Position numbers and translations under genes: made by a program. DNA of 64,000 nt. Origin: Octopus vulgaris. Its lineage: Eukaryota. Below the pieces are notes generated by a model. That model was not told where the DNA came from, made no database searches, and saw only the letters and a list, made by a program, of their open reading frames with translations. Positions within the stretch are counted from its first letter, which is position 1. Each line of letters opens with the position of its first letter. Below, piece by piece: positions 28,101 through 40,748 of this stretch. The stretch lies in contig OX597815.1 in the NCBI GenBank assembly GCA_951406725.2, positions 16,492,001-16,556,000 on the forward strand. The letters run 5' to 3'.

Positions 28101-31100
28101 CCACAGGAAAGGATCACAAGATTGATTCTTTAAGTCAGTCTAACCAGGAAGAGACTTAGGGCTAGACCACAAGTAAGATGTTTGGATAATATCTGTAGTC
28201 CCATTTGGTCACACATGGGAATCTAGCAGGAAGATGTAATGGTTGCTTCTGACCCTCCAAGGAATGGTTGGCCCAGAAAATGGATGGATGGATGATTAAC
28301 TTTTTATTAATGCAAGGACTTACCATACTCTTTAGGAATGTGTGTATTTATAAGGCCAAGATCAAATACTTTCTTTACGATATCCCAAGGATACTGAAAA
28401 AGAGAAGAAAACATTTTAAAGCAATATATGAGAAATACATTTTATAATGAAATTTTTCATTAAAAATATTTTCGAAGAGAAGTTTCATTACCAGCAGAAA
28501 GAGAAATGCCTTATCAATAACCTGTAATATCACAAGTCACATGAATAATCTAGAGATATATAACAGGACTTGTCAATATCGTACAGCTGTAGAATAAGCC
28601 GTATCAATACACCAGAGTTATATAACAGGACATGGGAATATCCAAAATTGATATGACAGGACATATCAATATCATACTGCAATATAAGAAGCCATATCGA
28701 TGCTCTATTATATAAATGAACCTATAACTATTCTATTGTATGACAGGACACATCAATATCCCTGATGTTACCTATGAGAACGTGTCAATATCCCACTGTT
28801 GTATGAAAGTATCTTATTCAATTATAGCAGGTCAGTTGTATAACAGTATATCACCCTCGGTATTTTAACAATATTCAACAGTGGTATAACAGGACATGTC
28901 AATAACTAATTCTGCATTTAAATAAGCTTTCAATTTTCTTCCAGACTACAAATGTTCAGAATGGTCAGAAGTCATATCAGTTTTACCAGTCTGAGAGAGC
29001 CTTAGAGTCTTTAAAAATCATGAACACTGCTTCTTTCATTGTATGTTTAGAGAAAAACAAGCAGAGAAACCCAGCCTTGCTCAGGATTAAAATAGTTTAT
29101 TGTTTTATTTGTTTTGGTATTATAACCCAATTTCATTCGGGCATATGCGGGCCACATTTTAAAAGATGAGGAATTTTGCCCTAGAGGTGAGCAAACTCGC
29201 CAGTACTTTTAACATAGGTGTGCAAATTTTCAGCTCAATCCAACCACATTTATTAACACTTTTGCCTTCACAACTGCTTGTGAGACAACATCCGCCCTTT
29301 TCATAAATATGTAGTAGACTTACAGAGATGCCCAGCTTTGCTCGAGATTAAAATGGCATAGTTTTACATTGTTTTACTTGTTTGGTTACTATAACCCGAT
29401 TTCATCTGGGCCACATTTTAAAAGAGGAGGAATTTTGCCCTAGAGGCTGAACCTTTCAATTGAGCAAACTCAAAGTTGCCATGCGAACTCGCCAGCACTT
29501 TTAACATAGGGGTGCATATTTTCAGCTCAATCCAACCACATATGCACACATTATATATATATACATACACATTAAATATATGTACATATATACGCATTAT
29601 ATATATATGTACACATTATATATACATATGTATACACATTATATATGTACACACATATATAAATATAGATATATACACTTTATATATATATATTTAAACA
29701 CATTATATCATCATCATCATCATCATCATCGTTTAACGTCCGTTCTCCATGCTAGCATGGGTTGGACGGTTCGACCGGGGATCTGGGAAGCCAGAAGGCT
29801 GCACCAGGCTCCAGTCTTATCTGGCAGTGTTTCTGTATATACATTATATATATACACACACACACATATATATATAAATTAACATAATAAATATCTGATT
29901 AATAATATCTGTTATCATGATTGTGTGGCGGTGGTGGATGATAATAATTCACCATTCTAAAAGACCTGTTGCGGGAGGATTGTGCAGTGGTGGTGGGTGA
30001 TAATAATTCACTGCTGTAAAAGACCTGTGGCAGGAATATTTAAACTTTTGCGGCTGTCAATGCTTTCTCTCTATATATATAGACAAACGTACAGAGAGAG
30101 AGGCGGTAAGAGAAACAGTGACAGAGAGACGGCGAAGGCGCAGAGGGAAAGAGAGTGGATGCTGTCAAACGTAATTATAAAGAGAAAGTGAAGGGAAGGG
30201 AGGAAAGAGAGAGATCGATGAAGACAGGGCGATATCCGAAAGAGAGAAACAACAAACACTTGTTAAAGTTTGGGTTTTGTTGCCCTAGTAACCACAGCTT
30301 TTGAGATGGAGATTTCTAACCTAGTCCAGTCGCTTCCTCACCTCATTTTACATGTCCCTGTAAATTTTCACTGCAATCCGAGCACGCCTACTGCCACTGA
30401 ACCCTGCATAACCACTAAATGAGACACACAAATATACAACTTTCAGCCATTTCACTTTTATGTATAGAGATAACAGTATTAGTATAATCAAACAACTAAC
30501 TTCTCCAGTTTTGTCATGATGTGCTGCAATTGGCATGATTTCTTCCCGGGCAAACTTGCGAGCAAGTTGCTGCATATCTTTCTGATCTTCAGTAAGTGCT
30601 GTAAAGAGAAAAAAAAAAAGAGAAAAAAATAAGGTCTATACACACATCAAATGTAAAGTTGATAATTATTAAAAAGTGCAAAGTTTCACTTATATGGTAT
30701 TAGTTTAATGCTTGAGAATCGAAATGAATGTGGAATGCCTTAGCATTTAGGAACTTGGACATTCTTCAGGAAAAACAAAGAGAGAGAAGCATAAGGAGAG
30801 AGCAGGAAAGAAAAGCAGTCAGTAATTAATAAAAATTAAAGTATAAAAATATGTTGATTATTGTTATCGTTGCACAGTATGGACGGTGGGAATTGAAGTT
30901 GAGGTATCGTCCAGTGAAGATTGGTTTGTGGTATACAGATGTCCTGAACTCATGCTTAATACATCCAGGAATGTATTATAAGAATTTCTGTAGCCAGATG
31001 GTCTATCACCAATCTTCACTTGTTTTGAAGCAAGAAAATATTTTCCTCCAGTTTGGGCACCTCTCCAAAGAAGATTGCAAACAAATGTCATCACCTGTAT

Positions 31101-31180
31101 GACTGAATTTGTTTACAGTTAGTGCATGATGCTGAGAAAAGTAAATCCACATACAAGAGAGAGGGGGGAGGAGAGAAAGA

Positions 31181-31216
<36 letters not shown>

Positions 31217-34200
31217 GTGTGTGTGCATGTATGTGTTTACTTAAAGTAAAAAAATATAGGTTTCATTTCTTTAAGTGTGGAGAGTTAAGTTTCTTAACTT
31301 TAGACACCTGTGTTCTTCCAAGATAAATTAATGGAAGAGTCATCATCATCATCATCATTCATGTTGTGATACTGACTGCCATTTTTGTCACTGTCATCTT
31401 TGTTAAAAGAACCAAAACTCCACATATCACATTGTCAAAAAACTGTATCACAAATACTTAGATTCCTTCAGGTGGCCCAGAAAATACACCAGCCTTGATC
31501 GATTTTTAAACCTCTACACAAATAAGCCCCAAATTAGTGTACTGCACCACATCTGGAACAGTAATGACATTGCACAGAAGATCATTTAATTGATTAACAA
31601 GGATTCAATCATCAATCGACTACAACCACAGACACAATCATCATCATCATTGTTCGACCGTGGGCAAGACAATGGAATTTACTATGCTACGCCAAACTTC
31701 ACGGTCCATCATAGCATTACGGAGGTCCTGTTGCTGGATGCCTGTATCTCTGGAGCTTACATCAGGGTAGGAGAGTGTGCACCCTCTGGTATCGCAAGCA
31801 GATGGCTTCCAGAGCAGAAGAGTAGAAATTACCTCTTTTTCAGCTCTACAACAATATCCAGCATACTGGACTCTTCTACCTTTCACAAGAGATGATATAG
31901 GTGGTAATTTCCCATATATTTGTACTTTGGATGACGCTTCCACGAGAGATTTTGAGCTCTCATAAGGAGGCGAGTGTAAGTTCCATCCAACCGCCTCTCA
32001 AGCTTCTTTGATAACAGACACAGTGTTTCTTCTATAACTGCTACAAATCTCTAATTCTCCAAACAAGCTACATATTCTTTTCTCTCAAGCCCACTCCCTA
32101 GATGTGGTTTTACTGCCAAGACAACGTATTAAGTACTTCTCCAAGTCCTTTTCTCCAAAACTGTAACCTTATGTAATTCCCATCTGGCTTACATTTTCCC
32201 TACAGAATCCAACTTCCTGGTGTTCAAACTGGACATCAACAACATCAATCGAACCAGTCTGGGAGACAGACTTCCAAAATTCATAAAGATGGTCCCTCTT
32301 CCTAGCTTATATGAAAAATATCTGAAAGCATTGTCTTATTCTTTTCTGTTCTAAGTTCAAATTTGCCTTTCAGAGTCATTAAAACTTTATATCACTTTGT
32401 TACAAATGTATGACATCGTGCCAAAGATAGAAATTAATAAATTACACCATATCCTTGACTAGGGTTTTATCTAATATATATAAATCACAGTATGTGTGTA
32501 TATATTGACTAATGCATACATTTCCACAATCCTCAACCGATTTTCACCAAACTTCACACAAACACATTACTTAATTCCCAAGGATGGTCATGCATTGTAA
32601 CATTTTACCCAGAACTCCCACGTAAATGGACAAACCGGAAAAGACTGTGGTTAACATGGGTTTTTCCCTAATTTGTTGTATATGTAGTTTTTTTTTATGT
32701 ATGGTCTTCCATACTTTTTTAATCTATATAGTCGTATAATGGCATTAGAGAATATTTTTTAGTGGTTTTCACATTTTTTTATTTATTATTTATTTATATG
32801 TTGTAATCATGTATTATTACATTTTTTTTATGTGTATTGAGTGTTTTAGTTAGAGAATATTATAAAAGTGAAAGAATTCCGTCTATTCATTTATTTATTT
32901 ATTTCGACTGTTTTCCATACTTTTAAAATCTAAAAGGTCAAATATTTACATTACTGAATATTTCTTAGTTGTTTTCATATTTTTTTATTTATTACTTATT
33001 TACGTGTTGTAATTGTGTATTATTACTTCTCTACTTTGATTAAATTGACTAGAAACACTGAACGCGATGAATATCCAATACCAAACAATCTTAATCTCCG
33101 TTTTTAAACTGCATTAAACTTTGGCAGGCTTACCTTTACCTATTCTGAGTTACTTGAAAGGTAATGTTCCCTTCCTGCTCTTCTATTTGTTGACACCTTT
33201 GTTTACCTACCAATGCGTTGTTTCACTTTAAGGATGATTATTTACCCCTCCATAATGATATTTCAACTGTTGTCCATTATTTCAAATATGTTTTAGCATT
33301 GTCATTCTAGTATTTTTTAAACAATCACAAGAAATTTCACTTCCATGTAAAACAACTACAGTGCAGTGGAACATCAGTGTACCCCAAAGGGTATCTATAA
33401 TTTAACCCTTCACCACCTTGACTGGCTTCCGTGCCAATGGCACGTAAAAAGCACCAACCGATCGTGGCCGTTGCCAGCCTCCCCTGGCACGTAAAAAGCA
33501 CCCACTACACTCACAGAGTGGTTGATGTTAGGAAGGGCTTCCAGCTGTAGAAACACTGCCAGATCAGACTGGAGCCTGGTGCAGCCTCCTGGCTTCCCAG
33601 ACCCTGGTCGAACCTTCCAACCCATGCTAGCATGGAAAACGGCTGTTAAACGATGATGACGATGACTATCATATTCCTGTGTAAATACACTGTCATTCTT
33701 TCAATTAAATTTAATGAAATAATTTGTCCATAATAAACAGTTGCTAGGAATATAAATTACCATGACGTTTGTCAGGTTTTAATTTAAATCACTTCAAAAT
33801 GGGAAATTTGTATCATAGAACTAGGGCCATTTTCAGACAAGTTGATGTTGAAATGGTAAATGTTTTCGAAAATTCATTGTAATTCTTAAGCATTTTGAAA
33901 GAATATTATTCATAGTTTTGTTATACACAAATGCCTGAACATCAGACAGACATACACCCTAGTCACTTTAACTACCTTTAACCCTTTAGTGTTCGCATTA
34001 TTCTGCCAAAATTAATGCTTCTTCATCCACATTGTTTTGAATTAATCATGCATTACCTTGTAGCTTTGAGATTTTGATGAGGTAGCTGTTAATTTTTAAA
34101 ACGATATTGTAGGGTTGGTCTGAGAGACCAGATCTGGCCATTTTGAAAATAAAACAGGCAGAATACTTCTGGCCGGATATGGCCGGTTTAAATGCTAAAG

Positions 34201-37200
34201 GGTTAAATGCAGTAAATCAGTAACTGGTCCATTGAAAACTTATAACCGATAATGCTATTGTTCACCAGAGATAATATAAAATAAATAAAATAAAGGAAAG
34301 ATCTCACATACAAAAACTGAATCCTGCATTTGAATATGGACGCAAACATTGAACACCACACCGACGACCACTTCTAAGGACCTGCAATGTAAAAAAAAGG
34401 ACTTCTCTTCAATTTTAGTATTTCAGAGGAATCACTAGAAACGGTGTTTTTAATTCCATTATAATGTTATTTTGTTTGTTCATTTTTTTTTTAATAATTT
34501 AATCAGAAGAAGAGCAACCACTTGACTCTTTTTCCAGGGCTGCCAAGACTGGATTAACCCTTTCGTTACTGTATTTATTTGGAGATGCTCTGTGTTTCTT
34601 TCAAAAAATCAGCTAAAATTACGGCATATAAGCACCCATTTACAAAGTTTCAAAGCTGTATGTAGAAAATTAACAAAGTTACAAGTAAATATTGTGGACA
34701 CCCCACTTGAACCTGAATAAATCAAAATTAATGTGAACAGATAAGCATTACATTTGACAAATTAATCTGAACACTAAAGGGTTAAATATAACAAAGAATT
34801 TAGTAAAATGACTTAGTTATCATTCAGCTAGTGTTAGGAACATAAATTGGGACTAAGGTTTGGTGGAAGATTTTAATTCAAAACTTATGAAAACAAGACA
34901 TCTGTACTCAGAGCCAGAGCTGGTTTCAGCCAGGTTGCTATCAAAAGGGTTAAGAATTGTTTCTCTTTTATTTATTTTAACCCTTTCATTACTGTATTTA
35001 TTTTAAGATGCTCTGTGTTTCTTTCAATTATTTAAAATATAACAAAGAATTTAGTAAAATGACTTAGTTATCATTCAGCTAGTGTTAGGAACATAAATTG
35101 GGACTAAGGTTTGGTGGAAGATTTTAATTCAAAACTTATGAAAACAAGACATTTGTACTCAGAGCCAGAGCTGGTTTCAGCCGGGTTGCTATCAAAAGGG
35201 TTAAGAATTGTTTCTCTATTATATATTTTAACCATTTTGTTACTGTATTTATTTTGAGATGCTCTGTGTTTCTTTCAATTATTTAAAATATAACAAAGAA
35301 TTTAGTAAAATGACTTAGTTATCATTCAGCTAGTGTTAGGAACATAAATTGGGACTAAGGTTTGGTGGAAGATTTTAATTCAAAACTTATGAAAACAAGA
35401 CATTTGTACTCAGAGCCAGAGCTGGTTTCAGCCGGGTTGCTATCAAAAGGGTTAAGAATTGTTTCTCTATTATATATTTTAACCATTTTGTTACTGTATT
35501 TATTTTGAGATGCTCTGTGTTTCTTTCAATTATTTAAAATATAACAAAGAATTTAGTAAAATAACTTAGTTATCATTCAGCTAGTATTAGGAACATAAAT
35601 TGTGACTAAGGTTTCGTGGAAGATTTTAATTCAAAACTTATGAAAACAAGACATTTGTACTACAGAGCCAGAGCCGGTTTCAGCTGGGGTTGGTAACGAA
35701 AGGGTTAAGAGATATTATCCTTAGACCACAGACTTGGTCTGAATGCTCGCAATAAAATGGACTCTACTCAGGGTACTCAAGGACTTGGTGATGGTGTTAA
35801 ACTGGGTGATGGGGTAAGTTTAACCTAAGAACAGAAATGGTCCTTCTGATGGTCTCCCACTTAGTGTGCTACAAATTTTACCCAAAGAGCTTTACCTAAC
35901 ATTATAGTAGAAGACATGCAGTGGGATTGAACCAGAAATCAGGAAGTTGCAAAGTGACTTAAATATAAGCCACACCTGTACCCTTAGTCAGCTCTGATAC
36001 ATCACACATATGGCATTCTAGCCATGAGCATCCCCTCTTAGTTCAGACAGTATATCTAGGATTGCATTATCCAATGTCTATTTTCTTGTTCTAAAATGAC
36101 AGCATATGACTTGAGGTGGATTTGGTTGCTATTTCAAACAGATTACATGATCATATAGAGGCTGAGCGAAAAGCATAGATCTGCTCAGTCAGGGCTGACC
36201 AGGGGCTAAGCAACATCAACAATCAAGTGTCCAAGACCAGATGAGTGGCAGAGATAAGAGTTGAGGTGAAGCTGTGTCAATAGCCACAAGTGAACCAGCT
36301 GACCAGCCGGCACCAGCCTTAAGTGGCCTCTCAAAACCATGTGACTACTGTCGTGAAATGGAGGAAGACAGACTAAAGGATTGTATGTCAGGTATATGAG
36401 CTATCCAACAGCAGCTATCTATTAGCTATGAGTGGATAGTACCAGTGTCAGTACCTACAACGAGTGCTTGCAACAGCGAATTCTTCTAAAAGAGGCAAGG
36501 GTCACAATCTATAACAGTTCATCTTGCTCTCTCTTTCTCTCCAGATAAGTGTCATTCTGATTAATCTCTGACATCACTGTGTCTTTCATTTATCTCTCAT
36601 ACTATCACTCCCGTTACTGTGTTTCCCTCTTCATACTCATGTGTTTTGTTCATTTTCTTTTCTTCTGCTGCACTGATTTTCTGTTCTACCCACTCTATTG
36701 AATTATGAGAGGGGCAGGGCATTTGTGTCAGAGGATGAAAGTTAGTGTGTGACAGAGAGATAGAGAGACAGAAGCCGGTGTCTTGCCACAACAGAGGAGG
36801 CATTAGAGGAGGTGATCCAGTATCAAATGATGAAAGGTTAGAGTGTAACAGAGAAATAGAGAGATGGAAATAGGTGTCTTGCTATAGAGGAGGTACATGG
36901 TTACCTAGTGAGAGAGAGAAAGAGAGAGAGGTACAGAAAGAGAACCAGAAACAAGCGTGCTGATGTAAAGGTGATTCTTAGTTACCTGGTCAGAGAAAAA
37001 ACAAGAGGAGAGAGAGGGAGGAGGGGGAGTGACCAAAGTGAGAGAGAGTAGGAAACAGAAAAAGTGTAAGAGAGAGTAGAAGAGAGATGGTGGAGTGCTA
37101 GGGTATACTTACAAGGAACAAGAATATGAGAATAGAGCCTGGTTAGCAAAATAGGAGAATTATTTGGACTTTGGATATATGATTAGTAGTAGCAGTATGC

Positions 37201-38643
37201 TAATTAAATCACTTTTACAGGTTTGATATAAGTGTCACTGTGGAGGCGCAATGGCCCAGTGGTTAGGGCAGCGGACTCGCGGTCATAGGATCGCGGCTTC
37301 GATTCCCAGACTGGGCGTTGTGAGTGTTTATTGAGCGAAAACACCTAAAGCTCCACCAGGCTCCGGCAGGGGATGGTGGTGATCCCTGCTGTACTCTTTC
37401 ACCACAACTTTCTCTCACTCTTACTTCCTGTTTCTGTTGTACCTGTATTTCAAAGGGTCGGCCTTGTCACTCTCTGTGTCACACTGAATATCCCCGAGAA
37501 CTACGTTAAGGGTACACGTGTCTGTGGAGTGCTCAGCCACTTACACGTTAATTTCACGAGCAGGCTGTTCCGTTGATTTGGTTCAACCGGAACCCTCGTC
37601 GTCGTAACCGACGGAGTGCTTCCATCCATAAGTGTCACTGGATCTACCGCAGGAATTCTACATTGTTCATTCAGTTTATAATGAGCAAGGGAAACATGAA
37701 ATGGAGTTCACAAGAATCTTTATTCATCACAGCAATCGTTTTGACTTATCTTGTGTCAGTCCCTTGTCATTAGAACCAACAACCTACTGGCAACAACAAC
37801 ATGCCAAGTGAAACCGAGTATAGTTTGCAAGGTATCTTCTTTAAAACACCTAATGAGATGCATCTGCATCGGAGAATGCAACACAGCCAGTTGTACAGTA
37901 TCCCACCCACAAGGGACCGAAACGATCGTTGAGATGAATAAGGATTCTTCGAACTCCATTTTCTATTTCCCTCATTAATTACTAGCAGACATACCCGGTG
38001 ATTCCCAGGAAAAGCAGGGCTTATCCCTTGGTCCTGTTCTTATAATTGTTTCGCTAATCCGATAACAACACTACAAAGTATGTAGCCCTTAAAATGGTTT
38101 TTGTGCATTTACAGAGAATACCGAACTGTCTTACACAGGATCTTGTTTTTAGGAATTCCCAATAAGTTATGAATACCCAAATTATGAAGTGAGTTATGTA
38201 ATAACATGAAATTAGTTACCCGATAGTAAGAATTCAAATAAAGCAACCCCGAAAAGAGCTTTAATGCATTCCCAGAATATATAGAACATAAGAGGAATTA
38301 CTAATAAGGTATGTATACTAAAATCATTATACATGTTACGTAATAACAGGTTAATCAGATATGAGATAACAATTCAAAGTAAATAACTCTGAAAAGAGCT
38401 TTTGTGCATTCGCAGGCACGTAAAAAGCACCATCCGATCGTGGCCGTTTGCCAGCCTCGTCTGGCACCTGTGCTGGTGGCACATAAAAAGCACCCACTAC
38501 ACTCACGGAGTGGTTGGCGTTAGGAAGGGCATCTGGCTGTAGAAACACTGCCAGATCAGACTGGGCCTGGCGCAGCCTCCATAGCTTACCAGACCCCAGT
38601 TGAACCGTCCAACCCATACTAGCATGGAAAGCGGACGTTAAAC

Positions 38644-38687
<44 letters not shown>

Positions 38688-40662
38688 GGGGCACTAGTGT
38701 TGGTATATTTGTGAATAAGTCACTAACCGAAATTAGTGGATCTATTGTTTAGGAAAATACTATTTATTTGTTTAAGGGTTGTACTGGATAAATTGTGAAA
38801 ATAACTCTAACAGTTGAAATACTAAAATATAAGCATACACAATTTCATTTCCAAAGTCCTCTCCCCACCCTTTGGAAAGGATTTTCCCCACAAATTACTT
38901 TATAATCACAATGTATGCCATTTGAAAGGTATTTCTATAAAATTTCATTGATAAAACCCCATTTTCCTAAGAGTTATGAGGGAAAAACTCAGATTTTGTG
39001 AATTTTCTGAAGTCCTCTCCCAACCCTCCCGTTGCTTTGAGCGCATTTTTTATATATCATATCCGTCTCCTACACATTGTTTTACACCCATTCCAGTACT
39101 TTTGGGTGGATTTTCATTTCTGGGTCAAGATGTAAACAGTAAACATTAACCAAAGGTTAATGTTTTAAAAAAAAATAGTGCAACAGGTGTAGAACAACAT
39201 GTAGTAAATGAATATGAAAAAAAAATGCGTGCTGGTGAACTGGAGGAGGAGAGGACCAGGACAATTCACATGATCCGATTTTTTCCCTAAAGAAAATGAA
39301 TATTTTTACCAACCACATGGTTCTGGGTTCAGTCCCACTGCATGGGACTTTGGGCAAGTGAATTTTCCAAGTCCTCTCCCCCATTCGCCAGTGCACATTT
39401 TTTATTTTTCATATTCGTTTACTACATATTGTTGTACACCTATTGCACTATTTTCTTTTTTTTTTTTTTTTTTTTTTTTTGCTCGAGTCAAACACTACGT
39501 CAAACACTTTAGTTTGACCCAGAACATAAACAAAATTGACCAGCCTGGAGAGTGTTATCAAGTATGTGGAAAACTAATATGAAAAAAAGAATGTGCGCTG
39601 ACGATCCTGGGATTCGAAAAATTCACAAGATTTGCATTTTCAAAATTTCAATTACCCCCTCCAGCTCCTTATTTTTCACTTTTCCCAGAATTTCTTTTCT
39701 TTTTTTTTTTTCGCGAAATACGTAGAAAAATTCGAAGATTATGTACGATTCTGAAAAAAGAACCGGTTTGTAAAATTTCACTTTTTCAAAAAAAAATATA
39801 TATATATACCCTCAGGCCTTCAAGCAGGCTATCCACATGCTAGAAATAACAGCCAAATCTTACAAAACTGCGATAACATAATGCAATCAATCTACTCACC
39901 TTTCTGCAAAGATTTATTTCAGAGTAATTTCCCACAGTAATATGACAAAGTATTCATGTGAAATTAAAGTGGTCTTTTTTTTTCAAACTTTCTTTTTTAA
40001 ACTTTAAAAAAAATTTTTTTTTCCCATCAATCTACGTGGGAAAATACGGAGATTAAGAATATGTGGGTTCGAGGTCGTTCAACGACAGGTAGAAACAAGG
40101 AAAATGCCCCTTGTATTTGAATACTATGCAAATATTCTTTTAAAAAAACTTTTCTTTTAATTTTTCCAAAATTTAATTGTTTTCCATACTTACAGTTGAA
40201 AAAGTCTCAATGAGTGAAACCGGTACTGAAATGTTTTTTATAAAATTATTTTTGCATTTTCTCCCTTGACTTTTTATCCATATATATCAACTTGTGTGTT
40301 CCTTTTCAACCTTCTACACACACATATATATATATTGGCACGTAAAAAGCACCATCCGAATTGTGGCCAAAGCCAGTGCCGCCTCGACTGGCTTCCGTGC
40401 CGGTGGCACGTAAAATGCACCAATCCAACCGTGGCCGATGCCAGCCTCGCCTGGCACCTGTGCAGGTGGCACGTAAAAAGCACCCACTACATTCACGGAG
40501 TGGTTGGCGTTAGGAAGGGCATCCAGCTGTAGAAACATTGCCAGATAAGACTGGAGCCTGGTGCAGCCTTCTGGCTTCCCAGATCCCCGGTCGAACTGTC
40601 CAACCCATGCTAGCATGGAGAACGGACGTTAAACGATGATGATGATATATATATATATATAG

Positions 40663-40711
<49 letters not shown>

Positions 40712-40717
40712 GAAGGT

Positions 40718-40748
<31 letters not shown>

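Noticed and set aside
37241-37320. Possible tRNA genes (also 14768, 52819 and 61505)
   Set aside because: A/B boxes are present but there is no complete cloverleaf or acceptor stem; they continue into SINE bodies, one with a 13-bp TSD.
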